The notes under the pieces: generated by a model
Seen by the model: the letters and a program-made list of their open reading frames with translations, nothing else
What the model was told of the DNA's origin: nothing
Database searches by the model: none
Made by a program: the position numbers and the translations under genes
Shown: piece after piece, positions 10,018-19,733 of the stretch
Position numbering within the stretch: the first letter of the stretch is position 1
Layout: each line of letters starts with the position of its first letter
From: Candidatus Bathyarchaeota archaeon
GTDB lineage: Archaea; Thermoproteota; Bathyarchaeia; Bathyarchaeales; Bathycorpusculaceae
Reading direction: 5' to 3'
Length of the DNA: 64,000 bases
Assembly: GCA_963775685.1 (NCBI GenBank)
Contig: CAVZJV010000014.1
Location: 2,080,001-2,144,000 of the forward strand

Positions 10018-11390
10018 ATTTCCTTTTTTGTAGGGTAACCAAGGTTTATCCAGGCAGTCATGCCCCCAAGCATGTTCCTTATGTCCTCAAAGCCAGTCTG
10101 CTCCAGAATGCTGGCGGCAATGCTTGAACGGTTACCAACAGAACAAGTAACAACAATCGGCTTATCTTTAGTCAATTCCGCGGTTTTTTGGAGTAGGTCT
10201 ACAAAGAAAATCCGTAGCGCCCCTTCAACGTAGCCATCTTCGGTCAATTCAGGCGGGTCCCGCACATCCAATAATACGACCTCTCCCTTTTCCAATTTAT
10301 CCTTTGTCTCAGATGCTGAAACTGTTTTGAAACTGCGAAATGGTTTGCCTGCTTCTTGCCACTCGTTCATGCCGTGGCACAAGTATCCGCACATGTTGTC
10401 AAATCCCAGCCGCCTCAGCCTAGGAGCTACAATGTCTATGTCACTTGGGCGTTCATGGATGAAGATTATGTATTGGTTGGTATCTAGGAGCCAGCCAGGA
10501 TAAACGCTGGTTCCGCCAAGCCATAGGCTAAGCGAATTGGGAATATGGGCGCCCGCGAACGCGTAGGGCAAGCGGGTGTCCATTACTATCATGTTTTGTT
10601 CAAGCATTTCCTCTTCAAACTCCAGAAGGCCAAAGGGTTTGGGGCAAGATAGCTCGCTTAACAGAGGTGGACCCTTCAAGTTGAGTTTCTCCATCTTCTT
10701 GAAGTATTGCGGCACTACTAATTCTTCGCCAAGTGCTTTTTGGATGAATTCTTCCTTTCCAAGTTGAAGGTAGAGGTTGGTTTTCTTTTCATAGCCAACT
10801 GTGGTTGGTTCTTGACCGCTTATGCCGTGTCCACAAACGCTACCCGCGCCGTGAGCAGGATAAACAAGAACGTGCTCACCAAGCGGGAGAAGTTTTTGAT
10901 GAAGGCTGGTGTATAATTTTTCTGCCTGCGCAGGTTGAGCGTTCTTGCCGTAAAGGTCTGTTCTTCCCACAGAACCCCCAAAGAGGGTGTCACCACTAAA
11001 CGCCATCAACGCCTGGGTACCTCCAGAAGGATAGACAATGTAGCAGAGGGATTCATCTGTGTGTCCCGGCGTTTGGAGGGCTTTGATTTTGAGGTTGCCA
11101 AAGTTTAAGATGTCACCGTCTGCCAAATTGTGTTCTCCATACTTAAACGGCAAAGCGTTGCTGTGGCCGATTTCGGCCTCCGTTATGTTCTGAAGTTCGA
11201 GCGAACCGACAACGTAATCCTCATTTCTGTGCGTTTCAAGAATATACCTTATCTTTACGCATTCTTCTTTGGCGAGTTGGGTATAGATTTCGCAGTCACG
11301 CCGCGGGTCAACAACAACAGCTTCGTTTTGGTCAGCTAAAAAGTAGCTGTTGTGGGCTAAACCCTCAGACTTGATGATTTTTACTTTCAT
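10014..11390 (-). CDS. MBL-fold hydrolase fused to two rhodanese domains
   Basis: ETHRNEDY (variant HxHxDH), TPGHT, FSGDTLF, YPAHGAGSVCG; C-terminal rhodanese with CSVGNRS and GGMTAW. Confidence 0.9.
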   Translation of the reverse strand: MKVKIIKSEGLAHNSYFLADQNEAVVVDPRRDCEIYTQLAKEECVKIRYILETHRNEDYVVGSLELQNITEAEIGHSNALPFKYGEHNLADGDILNFGNLKIKALQTPGHTDESLCYIVYPSGGTQALMAFSGDTLFGGSVGRTDLYGKNAQPAQAEKLYTSLHQKLLPLGEHVLVYPAHGAGSVCGHGISGQEPTTVGYEKKTNLYLQLGKEEFIQKALGEELVVPQYFKKMEKLNLKGPPLLSELSCPKPFGLLEFEEEMLEQNMIVMDTRLPYAFAGAHIPNSLSLWLGGTSVYPGWLLDTNQYIIFIHERPSDIDIVAPRLRRLGFDNMCGYLCHGMNEWQEAGKPFRSFKTVSASETKDKLEKGEVVLLDVRDPPELTEDGYVEGALRIFFVDLLQKTAELTKDKPIVVTCSVGNRSSIAASILEQTGFEDIRNMLGGMTAWINLGYPTKKEI

Positions 11391-11546
11391 TTATGTTCCC
11401 CCAAAAATCTCACGAACAACTTCTTCAGGCAAAGTAGTTTCGCCAATACTACAAACCAATGAGTTGATTTATTCCTTTCCAAAACTTCCTCAGCATGATT
11501 AATCCTTAATAACGAAAAAAGCCTAAACATATTGTAGGTATCAGCT

Positions 11547-12062
11547 ATGGGTCATAACATGGCATATTGGAAACTTCTCGAAGAAATGACAATCGATTTG
11601 AAGAAAAAAGACGTAATTATCCCGGAAAATATCCTAGGTGACCTGAGGTCAACAAAATCTATGATAAAGCTCCATTGCACTCAAGCAAAAGGTGCTGGAG
11701 ATGCTCTTCAAAAAGCTGAAGAATTGTCTTCAAACGTGGAGGCTTTTCTTGTAACGGAAGCTCAAAAGATTTTTGGGGCAGAAAAAGTTGACTCTTGGCT
11801 TAAGTCCCTTGAAGAAGCCAACGCTGACGTCTGCGAGGCAGATTCAGGTGAAAACAAATTTGTTACAGGTGTTCCCAGAGACCAAAAATGGGTTCGTGTC
11901 GAACCAATCAAGAATTTGCCGACTGACCGAATATTGCAAATTGCCAATGAACAAAACCTCGCTGTAAACCCCCAAAAAGATGGGCGCCTAGTTGTTTACG
12001 GTCAACCAGACGGCATAAAAGAATTCGTCAAGAAAATGACCAAAGAAACCGCAAAACAATGA
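11547..12062 (+). CDS. DUF2096-like archaeal conserved protein
   Basis: W..L.E...DL.KK...IP.....DLR..K N-terminus and F..G.PR...WVR motif. Confidence 0.7.
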   Translation: MGHNMAYWKLLEEMTIDLKKKDVIIPENILGDLRSTKSMIKLHCTQAKGAGDALQKAEELSSNVEAFLVTEAQKIFGAEKVDSWLKSLEEANADVCEADSGENKFVTGVPRDQKWVRVEPIKNLPTDRILQIANEQNLAVNPQKDGRLVVYGQPDGIKEFVKKMTKETAKQ

Positions 12063-12252
12063 ACTGTTTGCCCTGCTAATTACCAACAGTTACTTCTGAT
12101 TTGTAGAGTTCATGAGGCTGAAATTGCTATTGCTTGGTGAGAATAGCGTCAACTTTAGATGATAATTCTTTTTACAAAGTATGTTTGTTCTCTGGCTATG
12201 ACTTCAGAGTCAGAATCTGCAGGGCAAAGGTTCTTCTTTAATCCAACGGAAG

Positions 12253-13566
12253 GTGCCTCCATTTTTGACGCTCAATTCTGACTCTAACAGCGCACGCAGG
12301 TCGGTGTGGGTGAGCTCGGTTCTTCCCTTCAACATCGCATTGGGACCCGTGAGCACTTTGGTTCAGTTGTTGATTCTGAATTTCAACGGAACCGTACTAG
12401 ATGTAGGATTGGCGCTGACCTTGTTTAACGCTGTAAGTGTCCCCGCCGCCTTGTTTTGGGGTTTTGTAACCGACCGCTTCCAGCAGCGGCGTCCCCTGAT
12501 TCTAGCAAGTTTTCTGGTCACACCCCTGCTTTTATTATTGTTTTTGTTTGCTCAAACGGGGTATTGGGTTTCTTTTTTGTATGCATTGTTTTCTTTTGCC
12601 ACCACTGCGTCAACTACCCCGCTTAACCTATTGGTTTTGGAGACAGCGCAGAAACCTAAGTGGGCTTCGGCGTTCGCTAAGTTCTCCATGATTTCCAGTG
12701 TCGGACAAACTCTTGGCTTGCTCTTGGGGATAGTTTGGTCATTTTACGTTCCCTTAGAATTTTTGGTAATTCCTCTATCTGCTTCATCCTTGATTTCAGC
12801 TGGGGTGGCAGCTGTTCTAATTAAAGAGCCCCAAATCGTTTTTGAGCGTCAAGTTTTAGTCATGCATAGACAAAGCTTTTTCCACAGACTCCGCCAATCA
12901 CCCTACTTGTTCCTGAAAATTCCTCATCCGCATGATTTTAAGCACCTGTTTCGAAGTCTCCGCCATGAACTTATCCGCCACACTGCTTTGCTTTACCTTG
13001 CAATCTTTGCTTTCTTCTTATCGGCGGGTATTTTTAACACCTCTCTGGTTCCGGCTTTGGACGCAAGCGGGATTTCGAACTTGTTGGTTTTTTCTGTTAT
13101 ATTGCTGGGCATGGTAGTTCAGATAATTTCTTTTAGGTTTGCGGGACCCTACACGGAGAAAAAATCACCCGTTAAAAGCGCTATTTGGGGATTGACGCTC
13201 AGAGCGGCTGCGTACGGGGTTCTGGGTGTTTTCGCTTACTTTTTAACTGGATTTTGGCTTCTATTGCCAGTTTTGATTTTTTACCCCATAGCTTCAGGTA
13301 TTGCTTACTCAATTTACTATACTGCTTCAAACACCATGGTTTTTAACTCGCTTAACCCGAAAAGTAACGGTTCCTCGTTAGGCGTATACAGCGCTCTGGC
13401 GGGTATTGCAGCGATGGCGGGTTCTTTTTTTTCGGGGTTTCTATCTTTCTACTGGGGGTTCTACGCGACGTTCATTATTTCTGCTGCGTGCTTGGTGGTT
13501 TCAGCTTGGTTGCTATCCTTGACTTACAGCTCGGCAACTGATGTTAGACCTATAACTTCAAGTTAA
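12253..13566 (+). CDS. MFS transporter
   Basis: About 12 hydrophobic segments; WGFVTDRFQQRRP motif A; the true start may be a few codons downstream. Confidence 0.9.
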   Translation: MPPFLTLNSDSNSARRSVWVSSVLPFNIALGPVSTLVQLLILNFNGTVLDVGLALTLFNAVSVPAALFWGFVTDRFQQRRPLILASFLVTPLLLLLFLFAQTGYWVSFLYALFSFATTASTTPLNLLVLETAQKPKWASAFAKFSMISSVGQTLGLLLGIVWSFYVPLEFLVIPLSASSLISAGVAAVLIKEPQIVFERQVLVMHRQSFFHRLRQSPYLFLKIPHPHDFKHLFRSLRHELIRHTALLYLAIFAFFLSAGIFNTSLVPALDASGISNLLVFSVILLGMVVQIISFRFAGPYTEKKSPVKSAIWGLTLRAAAYGVLGVFAYFLTGFWLLLPVLIFYPIASGIAYSIYYTASNTMVFNSLNPKSNGSSLGVYSALAGIAAMAGSFFSGFLSFYWGFYATFIISAACLVVSAWLLSLTYSSATDVRPITSS

Positions 13567-13712
13567 TTTTTTTTAGCTGTTGGTAACAGACCTGTTTTGT
13601 CTTTATTTAATGGACTATGGCTTTCTGAGAGCGCTTGAGGGATCGTGGTTTACGGTTTTTGATTCGATATGTTTTTTACGTTAAAACCCTAGTGCTTTGT
13701 TGTGGGAAAGGT

Positions 13713-14951
13713 TTGGTGAAACTCAAAGGGTTCCAAAGATTAACGTTAACTGATAAAGCCCTGCATACTTGGTTTAGTTTATTGCAGATTGGTAAGCCCA
13801 AAGTGGATGAGGTGAGTTTGCAGGATGCATTAGGTCGCGTTTTAGCCGAAGACATAGTTGCTTTGGAAGATTTGCCCCGTTTTGACAAGTCTGCTATGGA
13901 TGGTTTCGCCGTAAAGTCGGCTGATTTGACAGGTGCTTCCCCATCTAAACCCATAGTTCTCCAGTTGACCCAAGAAGCCCAAATCGGTGCCAAACAAGCA
14001 AAACAAGTCTGGACAGGAAACCCCATTCCAGAAGGAGCAGACGCAGTTGTAATGCTTGAAAACACCCAAAAGCAAGATGGGAACTTGGAAGTTTGGAACC
14101 AACTTGCACCATGGACTAATGTTTCCAAGGTTGGCGAAGATACAAAAAAGAGCACAGTTATAGCTAAAGCTTGCACTCGTTTAAACCCTTACCATATCGG
14201 TTTAGGTGCTGCTTTAGGTTATACTAAGTTTAAAGTCGCGCAGAAACCCAAAATCGCCATATTACCTACAGGCAACGAACTTGCAGAAGTGGGAACAGAA
14301 CGTGCAGCAAACCAGATTTACGATTCAAACAAATTCATAGTATCCGCGATGTGTATGGAACTTGACGCAGAAACTTTTGACCTAGGTTTGGCAAAAGATA
14401 ACGCTAAGGAAATCGCCCAGAAAATCCAGCTTGGCCTAAAAAACTGCGACGCTGTAATCACCACCGGAGGAACAAGCGTTGGAGAATTGGATCTAATGCC
14501 AGACGTAATTAACGGGCTTGGAAAACCAGGCGTTGTCGTACATGGCATTGCCTTACGTCCCGCGATGCCAACGGCCGTGGCAGTATTGGAGGGCAAACCC
14601 GTTTTGATTCTGTCAGGAAACCCTGTTGCGGCAGTTATCGGCTTTGAAGTTTTTGGTAGACCCCTAATTTGCAGGATGCTTGGGATGAAAAGTGAGGAGC
14701 CAAGACCAATCGTTAAGGCAATTTTGACGAGGAAAGTTACAAGTGTTTTGGGAAGAAAAACCTACGTTAGAGTTCGTGTTTCCTTGAAGGATGGCGAATT
14801 GTCCACTGAGCCGATAAGTGCGAAGGGTTCAGGATCTATATCCACGATGACTCAGAGCAACGGATACCTCATTGTGCCCGAAAACCGTGAAGGTGTAAAT
14901 GAAGGCGAAACGGTATTTATCCGTATGTTTGGCAGCTTGGAGGTTGCATAA
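13713..14951 (+). CDS. moeA: molybdopterin molybdotransferase MoeA (copy 1)
   Basis: ALGRVLAED, P.FD.SAMDGFAV, TGNEL, TTGGTSVG, LSGNP; start moved to TTG 13713. Confidence 0.95.
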   Translation: MVKLKGFQRLTLTDKALHTWFSLLQIGKPKVDEVSLQDALGRVLAEDIVALEDLPRFDKSAMDGFAVKSADLTGASPSKPIVLQLTQEAQIGAKQAKQVWTGNPIPEGADAVVMLENTQKQDGNLEVWNQLAPWTNVSKVGEDTKKSTVIAKACTRLNPYHIGLGAALGYTKFKVAQKPKIAILPTGNELAEVGTERAANQIYDSNKFIVSAMCMELDAETFDLGLAKDNAKEIAQKIQLGLKNCDAVITTGGTSVGELDLMPDVINGLGKPGVVVHGIALRPAMPTAVAVLEGKPVLILSGNPVAAVIGFEVFGRPLICRMLGMKSEEPRPIVKAILTRKVTSVLGRKTYVRVRVSLKDGELSTEPISAKGSGSISTMTQSNGYLIVPENREGVNEGETVFIRMFGSLEVA

Positions 14952-16196
14952 TTGTTTAGGAAGCTTATGACGTTTGAGGAAGCAAAAAAGGTCATCGATG
15001 ATCAGTTTAGGCCTGCTTTTTTGGGTGAAGAAGAAGTGGTTTTGCTTGAAGCATACAACCGTGTGTTAAACGAAGATATAGTTTCCACGCTGGATATCCC
15101 GCCATTTAACCGTTCAACCGTTGACGGTTATGCGATGAAATCCCAGGATACGTTTGGAGCTGACGAAAATGAGCCTGCAACGTTTAAGGTTTCAGGTACG
15201 GTAAGCGTTGGGGAACAACCCAACGTCACAGTTGCAGAGGGCGAAGCGGTTGAAATCGTGACAGGAGCTGTGATCCCTGAAGGTGCAGACGCAGTTGTTA
15301 TGGTTGAGTACACTGAACGTAACGATACAGAGCTTCATGTTTTTGTTGCTGTCACAACGAGCGAGAACGTCATGAAGAAAGGTTCCGACATTAAAAAGGA
15401 CACTATGGTACTCCGCAAAGGGCAAGTTCTGGGGTCCTCAGAAATTGGCGTTTTAGCAGCTTTAGGCTTAACAAAGGTCAAAGTTCTCAAAATCCCAATG
15501 GTTGCAGTTTTGTCCACTGGCGGAGAAGTAACGGAACCCGGAAAAAAATTGCCTCCTGGCAAAATCTACGACATCAACGCTTACAGCATTAGCACAGCAG
15601 TCATCGAAAGCGGCGGAAAACCCGTTTACTTCGGTGTGGTTCCCGACGACAAAGAAGCATTGGCGAAGGCGATGCAAACTGCTGTGGCTTCCGCAGACAT
15701 GGTAATTAGTTCAGGCGGAGTTTCGGTGGGTCCACGCGATTACACACCTCAAATCGTGGATTCACTGGGCAAACCAGGAATCGTGGTTTACGGAATCGCA
15801 GTGAAGCCTGGCAAACCAACAACAGTCGGGTTCGTGGGAGACAAGCCTGTTTTCTCTCTTCCCGGTCATCCAACATCTGCTCTGCTGATATTCTACTTGC
15901 TTGCAAGACCGCTAATTCTGCATTTAGCTGGCCGACCGGCAACACCCATGAAGACAGTTAGGGCTTTTGCTGGCGCCAGAATGTTTAGCGCAAAAGGAAG
16001 ACGAACTTTCGTGATGATCAAGTTAGAGTTTGACAAGGCTTGCCGTTTGATTGCTCAACCTGTGGAGACAGGTGCTTCCGGTGCAATAACCACGCTGGCA
16101 AATGCTGATGGGTTTGTGGAGATTGCGGAAAACGAGCAGTTTGTGTTTGTGAACCAGGAAGTCACCGTTGCACTTCTTCGAGGTTTCGCCGTTTAA
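14952..16196 (+). CDS. moeA: molybdopterin molybdotransferase MoeA (copy 2)
   Basis: PPFNRSTVDGYA, SSGGVSVG, VKPGKPT, LPGHP motifs. Confidence 0.95.
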   Translation: MFRKLMTFEEAKKVIDDQFRPAFLGEEEVVLLEAYNRVLNEDIVSTLDIPPFNRSTVDGYAMKSQDTFGADENEPATFKVSGTVSVGEQPNVTVAEGEAVEIVTGAVIPEGADAVVMVEYTERNDTELHVFVAVTTSENVMKKGSDIKKDTMVLRKGQVLGSSEIGVLAALGLTKVKVLKIPMVAVLSTGGEVTEPGKKLPPGKIYDINAYSISTAVIESGGKPVYFGVVPDDKEALAKAMQTAVASADMVISSGGVSVGPRDYTPQIVDSLGKPGIVVYGIAVKPGKPTTVGFVGDKPVFSLPGHPTSALLIFYLLARPLILHLAGRPATPMKTVRAFAGARMFSAKGRRTFVMIKLEFDKACRLIAQPVETGASGAITTLANADGFVEIAENEQFVFVNQEVTVALLRGFAV

Positions 16197-16199
16197 GGT

Positions 16200-16547
16200 T
16201 TAGTCTTTTCGCTTCAGCAGAAGGTAAGCGGTAAACAGCCAGGTTAGGACAGCATAACCAGCCATGCTTAGAGCAACCAACACATTGCTAAAGCCCACAG
16301 AGAATAGCACATCGAAGGCAAACGCACTGTTTACTATGAGCAAGATTGCGACCAACCATGGTGCCCAAGCGCGTTTAAGAAACAGGCTGTAGGCTGTTAT
16401 GAGGCTAACAATTCCCAGAAAACCTAGATGCGGAGGAAAACCTGTAAAGGGCAAAAACGCCAATAGGATTAATCCTGCGAGTGCATAGAAGGATAGTGAT
16501 AATAGCTCGAATGGCTTGAAAGTTTTCAGTTTAGTTGCTATGGACAC
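16200..16547 (-). CDS. small 4-TM membrane protein
   Basis: 115 aa, four hydrophobic helices, basic C-terminus. Confidence 0.7.
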   Translation of the reverse strand: MSIATKLKTFKPFELLSLSFYALAGLILLAFLPFTGFPPHLGFLGIVSLITAYSLFLKRAWAPWLVAILLIVNSAFAFDVLFSVGFSNVLVALSMAGYAVLTWLFTAYLLLKRKD

Positions 16548-16670
16548 AGTTGTTCGCCTTTACCTTATGCAGTATGGGTTGACCTAATAAATTTTTGCAG
16601 TTACGTGGGTGATCAATTGAGGCAATAATAGTTAATACGCCCAAAGGCATTTTTTTTACTTAAGGGCTAG

Positions 16671-16994
16671 TCATATTACCAAGTCTGCATTCTCAATTAG
16701 GATCATCTTATTGTTAAAATCAAGGTAGCAGGTAAAGACGTAGGTTTGGTTTTCAAGGATGCTCTGGTAAAGTGTTGAATTGTTTAGGATGTAGAGAGTC
16801 TTGCCGTCGGAAAGGTTAACAGTATAATTTGCTTGGAGGGTTTCTGAAAGAGGGGCTTTAGAAGTTACCAAGCCTCTTTCAACGTCAGGTATTTTTGCAT
16901 TATTTATCGAATCTTGAGTGATAAATATGATGCCTCCTAAAATACCAGCAGTTGCCGCAATAGTAAGGATTATCGTTAGCTTGAATGCATCCAA
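16671..16994 (-). CDS. hypothetical membrane-anchored protein (possible OB-fold ectodomain)
   Basis: N-terminal TM followed by a beta-rich domain with N-x-S/T sequons. Confidence 0.6.
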   Translation of the reverse strand: MDAFKLTIILTIAATAGILGGIIFITQDSINNAKIPDVERGLVTSKAPLSETLQANYTVNLSDGKTLYILNNSTLYQSILENQTYVFTCYLDFNNKMILIENADLVI

Positions 16995-17274
16995 ATCTGT
17001 TCCCTCTGTAGCTCTATTGTTGAAAGATAAAAAAATGTTCCTCTTGTTTTTTGCTAAGAAAAGCGGTAAAGGTTATGCTTATTTTGAAACGGGAAAAAGT
17101 GTATATTGAATTGTAAGTTTGGTATTCAGTCATTGAAAAGAGCATTTTAGTTAACAGCGTTTGCTTGATCGTCATGTTTTCTTAGGTCAATTGCATTTGA
17201 TTGTGTGTGTTGGTCGTTGCTTAGGCTTATTATATTTTATCGTCTATAAGTTAATGTTATGGAAGGCTTGCTAT

Positions 17275-17853
17275 TTGGTTAAAACGTCTGAATCGGTGGT
17301 TTTAACAATTGGGCACTCAACCCGAACTCTCGAAGAATTCATGCAGTTACTGGAAGTCTATGGCGTAACATTGCTGGCGGATGTACGTACGGTCCCTCGT
17401 AGCAGACACAACCCTCAATTCAACAAAGAAACCCTGCCCCATAACCTCAAAAACTTCGGCGTACGCTACATCCACATGCCCGAAATCGGCGGCTTACGTC
17501 ACCCAAAACACGAATCCATCAACATGGCATGGAAAAACAGTGGCTTCCGAGGTTACGCTGACTACATGCAAACCCAAGAATTCACCGACCATTTGCTAAA
17601 AATTATAGCTTTGGCACGGGAGAATCGGTTGGCGTTGATGTGTGCAGAAGCGTTGCCTTGGCGATGTCATCGAAGCCTCATCAGCGACGCTTTAGTGGTA
17701 AGGCACATAAAAGTTGAACATATCATAAGCAAAGACAGCACGATCAACCACAATCTAAACGAAATGGCGCATGTGGAAGGAACAAAAATCATTTATCCCC
17801 TTTACACAAAAGAAACCCCTCAGAGAACTCTGGGCGATTTTGGAACAGGCTGA
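17275..17853 (+). CDS. DUF488 family protein
   Basis: TIGHSTR, DVR..P.SR..PQFN, LMCAE..PWRCHR; start moved to TTG 17275. Confidence 0.9.
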   Translation: MVKTSESVVLTIGHSTRTLEEFMQLLEVYGVTLLADVRTVPRSRHNPQFNKETLPHNLKNFGVRYIHMPEIGGLRHPKHESINMAWKNSGFRGYADYMQTQEFTDHLLKIIALARENRLALMCAEALPWRCHRSLISDALVVRHIKVEHIISKDSTINHNLNEMAHVEGTKIIYPLYTKETPQRTLGDFGTG

Positions 17854-17866
17854 TTTATATATTTGC

Positions 17867-19213
17867 CTATTGTTTTTGTAGTATTGCTATGAAGAAGCCG
17901 TTGCAGTGGTGGATGTGTGGATAAAGGCGTTGGCATTTGATCAAGCCGTTTAGTCCTGACATGCCAATCTTGGGCTCAATGTCAGCTAGGTTGAATTCTG
18001 GGTGTTCTTTCAGGAACCTCTCGATTATGCCCTCATTTTCCTCCAAGGTTATGCTACAGGTGGAGTAAGCTAAGGTGCCGCCTTGAGTTACTTTTTCTGC
18101 GCAGTTGTTAATCATTTGCCACTGGAGCTGTGACATGTTCTGAATGGATTTGGGGCTGAGGCGCCACTTTGCTGAGGGTTGCTTCGCAAAGACGCCTGTG
18201 CTGGTACACGGTGGATCCAAAACCACAAGGTCTGCTTCTCCCACCAGCGGCATGGATACGCTGATATCCGCAACTATCGGGTCAGCAATTTTGGCACCCA
18301 TGCGGGTGGTTTCTTTTTGCCATGTCTTCATGCGTTTAGGCGAGAAATCCACTGAGGTTATACTGCCTTGGTTCTGCATTAGCTGGGCGATGAAGGTTGT
18401 TTTGGCGCCTGGGGCAGCGCAAACGTCAAAAACGGTACTGCCGGGTTGTGGGTTTGCGGCTTGGGTGGCAAAGCAGCTGGCTTTATCTTGGACATAGAAT
18501 AAGCCGTCAGCGTAGGCTGGGAGGGAATTTAAGGGTTTTTTGGTTGAGAGAACCCTGTAAGTATATTTCAAATGTTCAGTTTTTTGTAGTTCAACGCCTT
18601 GCTCTTTGAGTCTTTGCACGGTTTCTTCTTCAGTTGCTTTTAGCGTGTTGATGCGGATGTATGCTGGCGGCATCTTCATGCTGCCGTTCAAAAAGGTAAT
18701 GGTTTCTTTTTGCCCGAAGATTTTGATGCAATACTCGACAAACCATGTTGGATGGAAGGTTTGGAGGCTGATTTTTTCGGTTTCACTGACGGTTTCTACG
18801 ATTTGCGCTAGTCTTTTGGTTAACAGAAACCCAATGAAGGGTTCTACCTCACGCAAGGTTTGCCAGCCCAATATTGCTCTACCTAAACTTGCGATGTTTT
18901 CGGCTTCTTTAGGGTTAATTCTTTCCCAGTTCTTAACGACGCGGGTCTGGTAAACATATAATCTAAGGAAGGCTTGGATGCCCAGATTGTATTCGTCGAT
19001 TTTTTTGGGGGCCATAACTTCATTTATGAATTTGTCAATGAGGTTTTTTCGGCGCTCTGTCTCTACTACTAAGCCGTAAGCGAAACGTATCGCGCTGGGG
19101 TCATTAACACCGAGCTGTTTTACTGTTCGCATTAGGGCCGCCCTCTCGTTGAGTCGGCGCATCTCTATCCAGCTAAGGGTTTCTATAGCTATAGTCCAAG
19201 CGTCACGCAGCAA
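17867..19213 (-). CDS. RsmB/NOL1/NOP2 family RNA m5C methyltransferase with NusB-like N-terminus
   Basis: VQDKAS, DVCAAPGAKT, LDPPCTSTG, YSTCSI...ENE, GFFIA motifs. Confidence 0.93.
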   Translation of the reverse strand: MLRDAWTIAIETLSWIEMRRLNERAALMRTVKQLGVNDPSAIRFAYGLVVETERRKNLIDKFINEVMAPKKIDEYNLGIQAFLRLYVYQTRVVKNWERINPKEAENIASLGRAILGWQTLREVEPFIGFLLTKRLAQIVETVSETEKISLQTFHPTWFVEYCIKIFGQKETITFLNGSMKMPPAYIRINTLKATEEETVQRLKEQGVELQKTEHLKYTYRVLSTKKPLNSLPAYADGLFYVQDKASCFATQAANPQPGSTVFDVCAAPGAKTTFIAQLMQNQGSITSVDFSPKRMKTWQKETTRMGAKIADPIVADISVSMPLVGEADLVVLDPPCTSTGVFAKQPSAKWRLSPKSIQNMSQLQWQMINNCAEKVTQGGTLAYSTCSITLEENEGIIERFLKEHPEFNLADIEPKIGMSGLNGLIKCQRLYPHIHHCNGFFIAILQKQ

Positions 19214-19441
19214 ATTTTTTCACACAAACCTATCAATGTAACCGAAGTAAATAAGAATTCAAAACAGCCAGTTATGTTGCTTCATGTTAAAAGTCACATA
19301 TCTTTGCGGATAATTCTTTTTCTCTCGTAGAAGATTTTGCTCTCCATTAATCATTTGAAAAAATACCAGTGCGTAACAAAACTATTCGCACATACCAGCT
19401 TATTCTTCCTGTATCCTTTTCTTATTTGGAGATGTCAAATA

Positions 19442-19567
19442 TTGAGTCAAATCATCAAACGTAGAAGCACCCCTCAAACACGCGCTGGACAATACATGTG
19501 CTCAGAGTGTGGTCAAATCTTCGAAACCAAAAAGGAAGTTGACAACCACTACCAAGTAATACATTAA
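19442..19567 (+). CDS. 41-aa single C2H2 zinc-finger protein
   Basis: YMCSECGQIFETKKEVDNHYQVIH = Y-x-C-x2-C-x3-F-x8-H-x4-H; TTG start preceded by GGAGA. Confidence 0.7.
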   Translation: MSQIIKRRSTPQTRAGQYMCSECGQIFETKKEVDNHYQVIH

Positions 19568-19733
19568 CACCATTAAATTCAACCATAATTAGAATCGATT
19601 AATAAACAAAACTTGGTATCTTCTCGGTTTTTGCCTAGTTTTTGTTGCTTAAACCATTTGCGCAAATCTGTATTTTTAGTCACTAAAGATTTTAGTCACC
19701 ATGTAAGTATATCTGGCTTAAGGTTAACTGGGG

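Noticed and set aside
13713-16196. Tandem moeA duplication
   Set aside because: Two MoeA paralogues are common in archaea
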